Positions 12,323-24,150 of a DNA stretch of 64,000 nt are shown piece by piece. Under the pieces are notes generated by a model. That model was given only the letters and a program-made list of their open reading frames with translations, made no database searches and was not told the origin of the DNA. Position numbers and translations under genes: made by a program. Origin of the DNA: Felis catus (lineage: Eukaryota); NCBI RefSeq assembly GCF_018350175.1, contig NC_058368.1, positions 58,964,001-59,028,000 of the forward strand, in the 5' to 3' direction. Numbering within the stretch: position 1 is the first letter of the stretch; each line of letters opens with the position of its first letter.

Positions 12323-12720
12323 GGTGGACCCCTCCCCCAGAAGACCAGCACAAACCCCTGCCCACACCATGTCTCCTGACCAGAGAGTTCTACAGGGCCT
12401 CAGTTCTGATGGAGTTGGTATCAGATCTCATTTCACAAGCAGACCAGGGCACACCTAGTTAAAACTCACCACATTCAGGCCAGGAATCAAACACTGCCCC
12501 CAACAGGCAAGGAGGACCTCTGCAGGTGACTGTCCTAAAGCATAGAGCAGCCAAAACACAAGAGCAGAGCCCACATAGCACACAGAGGAGATACTCCCTG
12601 AAGTGCCAGGCCCTGCACATTACATGACCTCTTCTTCATAAGGTCATTACTTTCAGAAGCAGGAGACATAACTGGCTTTTCTAACACGGAGAAGAAGGCA
12701 GAGACTTAGACAAAATGGCA
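12323..12720 (+). mobile_element. L1 5'-UTR fragment ending just after the ORF1 ATG
   Basis: Collinear with 16241-16670 (AGAAGACCAGCACAA, CTGAAGT.CCAGGCC, AGCAGGA, TAGACAAAATG). Confidence 0.85.
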
Positions 12721-13400
12721 GTCAGACAGAAACAAATACCATATTACTGTATGATTTTACTCATCTGCAATTGACAGTATGTGTATTTAAGAGGCAATTT
12801 AAGAAGCAAAACAAACAAGCAAAGTAAAAGAGAGAGAAGGACAAACCAGGAGAGAGACCCTTTACTACACAGAACACACTGCTGGTTAACAAAGGAGGAG
12901 AGGTGGTTGGGGGATGTGTAAAATAGGTGGTGGGGATTAAAGAGTACACTTATTATGAGGAGTAATGTATAGAATTGTTAAATCACCATATTGTACACCT
13001 GAAACTAATATAATACTGTATGTTAACTATACTAGAATTAAAATGAAAACAATTTTAAATCCAAACATCTAAATATAAAATGTTATCTAGATTTCTATTC
13101 ATTTTTATATTTCTAAGTTTCAAATATATGCAGTCATCAAATAAGGCCAAAATACTTATTTAGTTTTTCATAAGTATTAATAATTATAAAATAATTAACA
13201 TTTAATTATCTGTACCACTTAAAAAGTTGGTAGAAATATAAAAATTATATTTAATAGCACATAACATTTCATACATATTCACCAAAATAATGTTTTATTT
13301 GTTAGTTATATTTTTAGTTCCAATCAGCCTCATTTCATCTCATGCAGACTCCCCACATTTATATTACACAATGATATTTCTAGCTGATTGATTGATTGAT

Positions 13401-13715
13401 CTTTTCTTTCAAGCTTTTACTTAAATTCCAGTTAGTTGACATGCAGTGTAATATTAGTTTCAGGAGTAGTATTTAGTGATTCATCACTTACAATGCCAAG
13501 TGCTCATCACAATAGGTGCCCTCCTTAATACCCATCATCCATTTAACACATCCCTCCACCCAACTCCCCTCCAGTAACCCTCAGTTTGTTCTCTATAGCT
13601 GAGTCTGTTTTATGGTTTGCCTCTTTCTTTTGTCCCCCTGTGTTCATCTGTTTTGTTTCTTATATTCTGCTTATGAGTGAAATCAGATTGTATTTGTCTT
13701 TTTCTGACTGACTTA
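13401..13715 (-). mobile_element. Truncated carnivore L1 3' UTR
   Basis: TTAAATTCCAGTTAGTTGACAT...CCCTCAGTTTGTTCTCTATAG...TTTGTCTTTTTCTGACTGACTT is the reverse of the L1 3' end. Confidence 0.9.
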
Positions 13716-14069
13716 ATTGTTTTTATTGTTCTTTAGATTTTATGTGTTCATCTAAAAAATATATGTGCACTATGTATCACTAAGAAAAACTCTGCAATTA
13801 GATTTGGTCGTACTGTTAATTGCAATATACATTTAGATTTTAGATGTTAAAATGTGGAATAATTTAGATCCCATAATTGATGAAATAAGTTGTTTCAGGT
13901 ATTTTTTACACATGCTATTATCCTCTTTCAAATGGTATTTCTTCCAATAGCCTAGGAAAAATTCAGTCTCTAAAATTAAGTGTACTTTTCACTGTAAACC
14001 ATAATGTGATGATGGCTCAGGTACATTTTGTCCCAGCACATGAATTGGTATAAACACAAACCTGACATT

Positions 14070-14225
14070 ACACACATTGGCATAGATCCCAAATCAGCCA
14101 CTCATTAGTTGTATGACCTTGGCAGATTAACCTCTATAAGCCATTGTTATTGTTGTTGTTTTTATTCTGTGAACCTGGACGTAATTTCATTTACTCACAG
14201 ATTGTTCTCAGTACTAAAAGGAATT
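14070..14225 (+). mobile_element. MIR SINE remnant
   Basis: CAGCCACTCATTAGTTGTATGACCTTGGCAGATTAACCTCT resembles the MIR core. Confidence 0.5.
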
Positions 14226-14537
14226 ACATTCTTCAAAATAAGACATGTACTCCCGGAGTGCATAAAATTTTTTGATGATTATCTGACAATGGAAAGAACT
14301 AGGGAAATAAATTTCTAGGACTTCAAATTCCGTATACTCATACTTAATAATTATCTGCTAGAAACTGTCCTGTGCATTTTCTTTTCCAAACTCACCTGCC
14401 ATAAATTGCACCTTATACCCCAACATTACAAATAAGGAATACCTCTAGTCTCTTTGTAGTGATCTGTTCTGGGAGTTAAATTAAAACTAGTCACAGAAAG
14501 AATTTTAAATATTGATATAATATTAAAAAGTGAACCA

Positions 14538-14746
14538 GGGGTGCCTGGGTGGCTTAGTCGGTTAAGTGTCTGATTTTGGCTCAGGTCATGATCTCATGGT
14601 TTGTGAGTTCGAGCCCTATGTCAGGATCTGTGCTGACAGCTCAGAGCCCGGAACCTGCTTCGGATTCTGTGTCTCCCTCTTTCTCTGCCCCTTCACCACT
14701 TGGGCTCTGTATCTCTCTCTCTCAAGAATAAGTAAACATTAGAAAA
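14538..14746 (+). mobile_element. CAN-SINE
   Basis: Full head and body; TSD AAAAAGTGAACCA on both sides. Confidence 0.95.
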
Positions 14747-15471
14747 CAAAAGTGAACCACACTAATGATTGAGTAACAAGTTATTTTTTGTAAGTTGCGT
14801 GGTTTCCCTTTTTATTTATTTTAACATATTAAAGGAAGACTTCCATCTAAGATACCAATTGCTAGGGCAAGAGGCTTACATTCTGATGATAGATTATTAT
14901 ATACTTTTTGGCATATAACATTGGAGTTCAGATATTGAATGACATGTCTATACTCTTTTTTGTCCACTTATTCTTTGTTTTCTTAAGAAGTCGTTAATTT
15001 TTCAAGAATAATGTAGGGTATCAAATTCCTAAGACATTTACTGATATTGAACACATTTAAAGCTCCATTTAAATTTTTTTAATATTACTATTTGCAATAA
15101 AGCCGGAATTTTTACCTTTTTTCTGTATTTCCATGTAATGACATTTTTAATGCCATTTAAGTATTTGCCAAATTAAAAATAAAATTGCAAAGAGGAAGGT
15201 ATTGAAAAGTATTTTAGAGAATATGTTAACAAAAATGGAGAGAGGAGTTAAGACAGGGAAGCAGTGGGGATCCTATGCTTGCCTCGTCCCTCAAACACAG
15301 CTGGATAAAAATCACATCATTCCAAATACCCAAGAAATTGATCTGAATGCTGAGAGAACAACTTGCAGAACTAGAGAGAGAAAAGAAGTCACATTGTGGA
15401 AGCTGTGGAGACAGAATACTGCAGAGAAAAGAATCCCTGGTGCTGCACAGTGGAAGAAGCCCTGATCTCAG

Positions 15472-15474
<3 letters not shown>

Positions 15475-15510
<36 letters not shown>
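15475..15510. repeat. (GA)n microsatellite in the L1 5' UTR
   Basis: Directly visible. Confidence 0.95.
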
Positions 15511-15511
<1 letters not shown>

Positions 15512-16667
15512 AGCATGCAGGGGATTGCACAGGAAAAACACTTCCCCAAATTCATTGACTGGGAAAACTAGAGTGGCTGATTATTGCAAGTTTTTACAAG
15601 TTGTGGAGCTCAAAGTCTGATGTTTTAGAAGCCCAAGCCACCACCAGGTGGAAACTGGCAGGCAAGCCTGATGTGGGGAAGGAGGGCAGAGGCCCAGAAG
15701 CAGACAGCATGGTTTGAGAGTACCCTGGGTCACACTGGGAGAGACAGTTCCCCTTCTTGGAGTGCATTTGGGAGGGGTGACACTGCCTCTCAGGGGACAG
15801 AAGAGTTGTCCGGTGCCACCTGCTGAGGGCAGCAAACTTGACGCCAGCTTTTTGCTGCACTTTACCATAAACTCCAAGCCACGTGATCCTGCAACTATTT
15901 TTTTGGGACAAATCAACACCAGCTGCAGTGTGGCAGGACCCTCCCCAAGAGGATTGGTGTGGGCCCACATGACACAGTATCCAAACTCCCTGACACAAGA
16001 GGGGAGGTCATTCATTTCTGTGAGGGCTTTCTAAACAGTAATGGGCACAAACTTCCTGCTCAGGAGGAGAGAGCAGGGTGATGCCATTCCCTCTCACCCC
16101 ACATATCCATCAGCACTGACAGACTTCAGTGAGTAGCACAGTGCCCCCAGTGGAGGCTGGAGCCACATACACCAAGCCTCTTTCCCCACACCCTGCAAGT
16201 GCATCTTTACTAGACCAAGTGAGCCTGAGAACCTGCAGAGCAGGCACCTCCCTGAGAAGACCAGCACAACCCTGCCCCTCCCCTCCCCACCCACCCAAAT
16301 GCACCAAGTCTAGTGGCCATAGAGTGCTGCAAAGACTCAGCTGTAGTGAAAATAGGATCAGGTTTATTTTAACTAATAGACCAAAGAACATGTAGTTAAA
16401 ATGCCACACACTGGACAAGGTCCAAGCACTCCCCACTTTAGGCAAGAAGAAATTCTTCAGAGGACCTAAGGGAAAGAGCTACCAAAACATAACCGCAGAC
16501 CACACACTCTTAAACACTTTCTGAAGTACCAGGCCTGGACAATATAAGACCTCTTCCTAATATAGCCATTACTCTCAGGAGCAGGAAATATAGCAGATTT
16601 TCCTAACACACACACACACACCCACCCACCCCCACACACACACACACTAAACAGTGACCTAGACAAA

Positions 16668-17557
16668 ATGACAAAATGGAGGAATTCACCCCAAAAGAAA
16701 GAACAAGAGGAGGTCATGGCCAAGGACCTAATCAAAACAGTTATAAGTAATATGCCTGAACCAGAATTAAAACAAAACAAAATCTTAAGGACAGTAGCTG
16801 AACTTGAGAAAATCATAGAAGACATTAGAGAATCCCTTACTGCAGAGATAAAAGAACTAAAACCAGTCAGGCCTAATTTAAAAAATGCTATAATTGAGAT
16901 GCAAAACCAACTAGATATAATGACAACAAGGATGGAAGAAACAGAGGAACAAATCAGTTACATAAAAGATCAAATTATGGAAAATAATAAAGCTCATAAG
17001 AAGAAGGAAAAGAAGTATTGAACATGAATGTGGACTTATGGAACTCAGCAACTCCATAAAGCATAATAACATTTATATCATAGGATTCCCAGAAGAAGAG
17101 AGGAAAAAGAAGTAGAAGGTTTATCTGAGCAAATTATAGCTGAAAGCTTCCATAATCTGGGGAAGGAAACAGACATCCAAATCCAGGAGGCACAAAGAAC
17201 TCCCATCAAATTCAACAAAAGCTGGTCAACACCAACACATATCATAGTAAAATTTCCAAAATATAGAAATAAGGAAAAATTCCTGAAAGCATCAAGGGAA
17301 AAGAAAGCCCTAACCTATAAGGGAAGGCAAATCAGGTTAGCAGCAGATCTCTCCACAAAAACTTGGCAGCCAGAAGGGAGTGGCATGATATACATCATTC
17401 TGAAGGAGAAAAATGTGCAGGCAAGAATAGTTTTTTCCAGTAAGGCTGCCATTCAGAATAGAAGGAACAATAGACATCTCCAGAAAAACAAAAACTAAAA
17501 GAATTTATGACACTAAACCAGCCCTGCAGGAAATATTAAAGGGGACTCTTTCAGTGA
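16668..17557 (+). pseudogene. L1 ORF1p, frameshifted
   Basis: 117-aa coiled-coil fragment, then broken frames resembling IQEAQRTP and LTYKGRQIRLAADLS. Confidence 0.85.
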
Positions 17558-18077
17558 GGCAGAAAGACCAAAGCAACAAAGATTAGAAAGGAACAGAGAA
17601 AATATCCAGAAACAGTGACTTTACAGGTAAGACAATGATACTAAATTAAAATCTATCAATAATTTTTCTGACTATAATTGGACTGAATGCTCCAATCAAA
17701 AGACAGAGGGTGTAAGAATGGATTAAAAAAAGAGACATCTATATGTTGCCTATAAGAGACTCATTTTAGACCTAAAAACACCTCCATATTGAAAATGAGT
17801 GGATAGAGAACCATCTATCATACTAATGGATGTCAAAAGAAAGCCAGAGTAGTCATACTCAATCAGACCAATAAGATTTTAAACCAAAGACTGTAACAAG
17901 AAATGAAGAAGGGCACTATATCCTAATAAAGGTGTCTATAAAGCAAGATCTAACAACTGTAAATATTTATGCCCCAAGTTTGAAAGCACCCAAATATATA
18001 AGTCAATTAATAACAAACATAAAGAAACTCATTAATAATGATACAATAATAGGAGGGGACTTTAACACCCCACTTTC

Positions 18078-18300
18078 TTTTTTTTAAATTTTTTTAACAT
18101 TTATTCATTTTTGAAAGGCAGAGAGAGACAGAGTGCGAACGGGGGAGGGGCAGAGAGAGAGGGAGACACAGAAACAGAAGCAGGCTCCAGGCTCCGAGCT
18201 GTCAGCACAGAGCCCAACGCAGGGCTCGAACTCATGGACCGCGAGATCATGACCTGAGCCAAAGTGGGCCGCTTAACCGACTGAGCCACCCAGGCACCCC
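18078..18300 (-). mobile_element. Young CAN-SINE within L1 ORF2
   Basis: CpG-rich body; TSD CACCCCACTTTC at 18066-18077 and 18303-18314. Confidence 0.97.
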
Positions 18301-18671
18301 AGCACCCCACTTTCAGCAATGGACAGATCAAACAGAAAATCAAAAAGAAAACAATGGCATTGAATGACACACTGGACTGGATGGACTTAACAGATATATT
18401 TAGACCATTTAATCCTATAGCAGCAGAATACACATTCTTTTTAAGAGCACAGGGAACATTTTTCAGAAGAGATCACATCCTGTGTCACAAATCAGGCCTC
18501 AACCAGTACAAAAAAGATCAAGATAATATCATGGATATTTTCAGGCCACAATGCTATGAAACCTAAAGTCAACCACAAGAAAAAAAAACTGGAAAGACCC
18601 CAAATACATTGAGGTTAAAGGACATCCTACTAAAGAAATTAAAGAATAAATTAAAAAACGTACATGGAAGT

Positions 18672-18830
18672 GGGGCAACTGGGTGGCTCATTCAATTAAG
18701 TATCTGACTCTATTTCAGCTCAGGTCACAATCTTGGGTATGGGCTCTAAGCTGACAGTACAAAGCCTTCTTGGGATTCTCTTTCTCCCTGTCTCTACCCC
18801 CCCCCCCATCAAAATAAATAAATAAACTTT
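18672..18830 (+). mobile_element. CAN-SINE, internally deleted, within L1 ORF2
   Basis: GGGGCAACTGGGTGGCTCA head; TACATGGAAG repeated on both sides as TSD. Confidence 0.9.
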
Positions 18831-19422
18831 AAAAAATACATGGAAGCAAATAGAAATGAAAGCACAACAGTCCAGAACTTCTGGGATGCAGCAAAGGTGG
18901 TCCTCAAAGGGAAGGATATAGCAATACAGTCCTACCTAAAGAAACAAGAAAGTCTCAAATATACAACTTAACCTTACTCCTAAAGGAGCTGGAAAAGGAA
19001 CATCACATAAGGCCTAAAAGCCAGCAGAAGATAGGAAATAATACATATCAGAGCAGATATAAGTGATTTATAAACAACAACAAAAAACCCAGTAGAACAG
19101 ATCAACAAAACTAAGAGCTGGTTCTTTGAAAGAATTAATAAAATTGATAACCCCCTAGCCAGACTTATGAAAAAGAAAAGAGAAAGGACTCAAATAAATA
19201 AAATCATGAATAAAAGAGAAGATATCACAGTTAGCACCACTGAAATGCAAACAATTATAGGAGAATATTATGAAAAATTATATGCCAACAAATGGGCAAT
19301 CTGGAAGAAATTGATAAATTCCTAGAAATATGCAAACTACCAACCTGAAACAGGAAGAAATAGAAATTTTGAATATATCCAGCAAAGAAATCAGAAATCA
19401 GTAATCAAAAATCTCCCAACAT

Positions 19423-19625
19423 GGGGTGCCTGGGGGCTCAGTTGGTTAAGCATCTGACACTTGATTTCGGTTCAGGTCATGATGTCACAGTTCATGAGTT
19501 GAAGCTTTGCATCGAGCTCTGCAGTAATAACATGGAGCCTGGTTGGGATTCACTGTCTCTCCCTCTCTCTTTGTCTCTCCCTTGCTTGTGCTTTCTCTTT
19601 CTCAAAAACAAATAAATAAACACTT
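19423..19625 (+). mobile_element. CAN-SINE within L1 ORF2
   Basis: TSD-like AAAAATCTCCCAACA / AAAGATCTCCCAGCA. Confidence 0.92.
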
Positions 19626-19708
19626 AAAAGATCTCCCAGCAAAGAAATATCTGGGGCCAGATGGCTTCCTGGGGAAATTCTACCATACATTTAAAGAAAG
19701 TTAATATT

Positions 19709-19920
19709 GGGGTGCCTGAGTGGCTCAGTCAGTTGAATGTCTGACTTTAGCTCAGGTCATGATCTCATGGTTCATGGGTTAGAGCCCCACATTGGGCTTA
19801 CTGCTGTCAGCATGGAGCCTGTTTCCAATCCTCTGCCCCCTTCTCTCTCTCTCTGCCCCTACTTGCTTGCTCTCTCTCTAAAAAAATAAACATTTAAAAA
19901 ATCTTCAAAAAAATCAAAAA
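19709..19920 (+). mobile_element. CAN-SINE within L1 ORF2
   Basis: GGGGTGCCTGAGTGGCTCAG head; AGTTAATA on both sides. Confidence 0.92.
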
Positions 19921-22704
19921 GAGTTAATACCTATTCTTCTCAAACAGTTCCCCCAAAAATAAATAAACAAAAATAAAGGAAAATTCCTTCTATGAGACTA
20001 GCATTACCTTGATTTCAAAACCAGACAACAACCTCTCTCTAAAGGAGAATTGTAGGCCAATATTCCTTATGAACTTGGATGCAAAATTTCTCAACAAGTA
20101 CTAGCAAATTGAAACCAACATTACATTAAAATAATTATTCACCATGATCAAGTTGGGTTTATTCCTGGGCTGCAGGGGTGGTTCTGTATTCCCAAATCAA
20201 TCAACCTGATATGCTGCATTAATAAAAGAAATGATAAGAACCATATGATCCTGTCAACAGATGCAGAAAAAGCACTTGACAAAATGCAGAATCCTTTCTT
20301 GACAAAAACCCTCAACAAAGTAGGGATAGAAGAAACATAACTCAACATCATAAAGGCCATATATGAAAGATCCACAGCTAATATCCTCCTCAATGGGAAA
20401 AAACTGAGAGCTTTTCCTCTATGGTCAGGAATAAGATAGGGATGTCCACTCTCAGCATTGCTATTTAGTATACTACTGGAAGTCCTAGCCTCAGCAATCA
20501 GACAACACAAAGAAATAAAAGGCATCCAAATCGGCAGGGAAGAAGTCAGACTTTCATGGTTTGCAGATCACATGATTCTCTATGTAGAAAACCCAAAAGA
20601 CTCCAGCAAAAAAGCCTGCTAGAACTGATACACAAATTCAGCAAAGTCATAGAATATAAAATCAATGTCCAGAAATCTGTTGCATTTCTGTATATGAATA
20701 ATGAAGCAGCAGAAAGAGAAAATAAGGAATCAGTCTCATTTACAATTGCACCAAAAATGATAACATATAGGAATAAACCTAAGAGGTTTAAGAGGTGAAA
20801 GATCTGTACTCTGGAAACTGTAGAACACCAAAGAGGTGAAAGATCTGTACTCTGGAAACTGTAGAACACTTATGAAAGAAATTGAAGAAAACACAAAGAA
20901 ACGAAAAAATATTCCATGCTCATGGCTGGGAAGAACAATTATTGTAAAATGTCTACACTACCTAAAGCAATCTACACATTCAATACAATCCCTATCAAAA
21001 CACAACCAGCAATTTTCACAGAGCTAGAACAAGTAATCCTAAAATTTGTATGGAACTGCAAAAGATCCTCATTAGCAAAGCAATCTTGAAAAAGCAAAAT
21101 AAATGTGGAGGTATTGCATTTCCAGTTCTCAAACTATATTACAAAGTTGTAGTGATCAAGGCAGTATGGTACTGGTACAAAAAGATAAATAAGTTAGTGG
21201 AACAGAATCGAACACCCAGAAATGGACCCACAATTATATGGTAAACTATCTTTGACAAAGCTGGGAAGAATATCCAGTAAGAAAAAGTCTCTTCAACAAA
21301 TTTTGTTGGGAAAAGTGGACAGTAACATGCAGAAGAAGGAAACTGGACCACTTTCTTACACCAGACATAAAAAGAAATTCAAAATGGCTAACAGACCTAA
21401 ATATGAGACAGGAAACCATCAAAACATTAGAGGAGAACATAAGCAGTAACCTCTCTGACTTCATCCAGAGCATCTTCTTAGTAGACATGTCACTGGAGGC
21501 AAGGGAAACAAAAACAAACATGAACCACTGGGACTTCATCAAGATAAAAAGCTTTTGCACAGCAAAGGAAACAATCAACAAAACTAAAAGGCAACCGATG
21601 TAATGGGAGAAGATACTCACAAGTGACATATCAGATAAAGGGTTAGTATCCTAAGTCTATAAAGAACTTATCAAACTCAACACCCCCAAAATAAAAAAAT
21701 CTAGTTAAGAAAGGTGGAGAAGTCATGAATAGACATTTTTTCCAAAGAAGACATCCAGATGGCTAACAGACACATGAAAAGATGATCAACATCATTCATC
21801 ATCAGTGAGTTATAAATCAAAATCATGATGAAATACCACCTCACACCTGCCACAGTGGCTAAAATTAACAACACCAGAAACAACAGGTGTTGGCAGGGAT
21901 GCAGAGAGAGGGAAACCCTCTTACACTGTTGGTGAGAATTCAAATTGGTGCAGCCACTCTGGAAAATGGTGTAGAGGTCGCTCAAAAAGTTAAAAACAGA
22001 ACTACCCTATGACCCAGCAATTGCACTGGTTAAAAATAGAACTACCCTGTGACCCAGCAATTGCACCAGAAGATACAAAAATACTGATTCAGAGGGGCAC
22101 ATGCATCCTTATGTTTATAGCAGCAAGATCAACAGCAGCAAAACTATGGAAAGAGCCCAAATGTCATTTTAATGATGAATGGATAAAGAAGTGGTAAATA
22201 TATACAATGGAATATTACTCAGCCATCAAAAAGAATGGAATCTTGCCATTTGCGATGATGTGGATGGAGCTAGAGTGTAATATGCTAAAAGAAATAAGTC
22301 ACTCAGAGTCTTGGGTTCCTATGATTTCACTCATTTGTGGAATTTAAGAAACAAAAAAGATGAACATAGGGGAAAGGAAAAAAATAGAGGGAAGTAAAAA
22401 CCTTAAGTGACTCTTAGAGAACAAACAGGGTTGACAGAGGTAGGTAGGTGGGAGATGGGCTAAATGCTTGACAGGTGGTAAGGGGGACACTTGTGGTAAG
22501 CACTGGGTGTTATATGTAAGTGATGAATACTAAATCCTACTTCTGAAACTGTATATGTTAACTAACTAGACTTTAAATAAAAACTTGAAATGAGAAAAAA
22601 AATGGGAGGAACACTTGTATAGACAATACCTAAGATTAATTGAATGGCTATTATTTCTCAGTTGATGATATAAAAATGTAAATATTTTCTCTCACTTATT
22701 TCTC

Positions 22705-22870
22705 AGAAGAACTCTATTATTCTCATAAAAGAGATGAGTGTGGAGAGGTAAAGTAACAAATTAATGTGTAGAGAGATAAAGTAACCTGCCCACTCCTGTA
22801 GAGTTAATAAATATGCATATCTGATTCTAATGCAGGCGCTTTGACTCAACATCTGTGCTCTTAACCTTTA
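22705..22870 (-). mobile_element. MIR remnant
   Basis: GAGAGGTAAAGTAAC...AAGTAACCTGCCCA...TTTGACTC...TGTGCTCTTAACC resembles reverse MIR. Confidence 0.45.
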
Positions 22871-24057
22871 TGGTGACTTTCCTCCTTGAGTTTTTAATGT
22901 AGTAAGTGCTATGTAAATGGTAACCGGTATTTTAATTATCAGTAGTAGTAACAATTGTACAATAGAAGTGTGACATCTAAAAACTGTTAATTATAAGGCT
23001 AATATTTCTATTTTTAAATTATTATTCTAATTAATTGTTTATCTCTCATTTTTGTGACATTGTACAAGCCTAGACTACAGAATAAATGACCAAAAATATT
23101 TACTGAATAAGCGATGAAACGGATGAATGATCAAATAAGTAAACAGCTTTTGAAACATGTAGTTTTTAGAATTATATATCATTTTTCTTGGCATTATTAT
23201 AAAAGTATGTTCACGCTACTTGTTTCACTATAAAATAGGAATATGTGAGGACTGAGTGATACATCTTATCAGGCCATCTTCAAGATTAAGGTGTAATAGG
23301 ATATATTAATTAACATACTTTTAGAGACAATCCCTTGAATTCATTTTTCTTGTGTAGTGTTAGATCCCCCCTCCCCACTAGTTCATTATATTGACCCACA
23401 TTTCTTGTGGTACGTATGTACTAAGTGAACACCTTGCTTGGCTTTGTACAATATCACAGCCATACTTTAGGTAAAGTTAAGTGACATAGAGATGATAGTC
23501 CTCCTATGTGTGTCTTGTATCATTTTGTCAACATCTTAGAAAATGTTTTATAAGATCATTAAACTGTTGAACACTAACCCCTCAAGAAAATAACCTGCTT
23601 TATTGAAACAACAAATGAAGCGTTGCCAAGGTCAAATGTATGGATACTGAATGCACCTCTTTGTGAATCACAATATATATTAGCAATTGAATATTTTAGA
23701 TAATTCTGTTAATAAATAAATATGCTTAAATTTCCTTACTGTAGTGTTTCTCAAATTTATTGATTATGTAATGACTAATTATTATCTGTTAGAATTAATA
23801 TTTTAATAATCAGGATTTATGGACAAAATTGTATATTGCCAGAAATAATACAAGAATTTTAAAACTAATTTAATAGATAAACAGTCCATTCAGGGAACTT
23901 CTGTGATATAAATCATAAGTGATGCTCTTGTTCACAAGGAAACAAAATGATGTTTTATTACAAATCACATATTCCAGCTCTTTGACCTTTAGCCAGTTAT
24001 TTAACTTTGCTCCTACCTCAAAGAGCTATGAAACAGAGCAAATGCCAGAGTAAATGC

Positions 24058-24150
24058 AAAAAAAAAAAAAAAAAAAAAAATAGAAGCATGTCCACACATT
24101 GTGAATCTAGTGAAGTTTGATGACGATGATGACGATGATGATGATGATGG
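24058..24150. repeat. poly(A) tract plus (TGA)n repeat
   Basis: A23 at 24058-24080; TGA/CGA repeats at ~24118-24149. Confidence 0.9.

Larger units (their letters stand above)
11855..13055 (+). mobile_element. Truncated carnivore L1 3' end, interrupted by a microsatellite and an L1 5'-UTR fragment
   Basis: ORF2 C-terminal peptide (LPYD, TPMFI, CPSIDE, YTMEYY); 3' UTR ending GTACACCTGAAACTAATATAA...GAATTAAAA. Confidence 0.9.
17635..22345 (+). pseudogene. L1 ORF2p (EN-RT), heavily disrupted
   Basis: Many short ORFs with L1 ORF2 peptides; SINE interruptions; boundaries approximate. Confidence 0.85.
15241..22600 (+). mobile_element. Full-length older carnivore L1, decayed, containing four SINEs
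   Basis: GC-rich 5' UTR 15241-16667; ORF1 from 16668 (MTKWRNSPQKKEQEE); EN and RT fragments (ALNDTLDWMDLTDIF); 3' UTR and A-rich end. Confidence 0.95.

Noticed and set aside
15231..22610. TSD for the 15241 L1 (AAAAATGGAG vs AAAAATGGGAG)
   Set aside because: Too short, low-complexity and imperfect to assert
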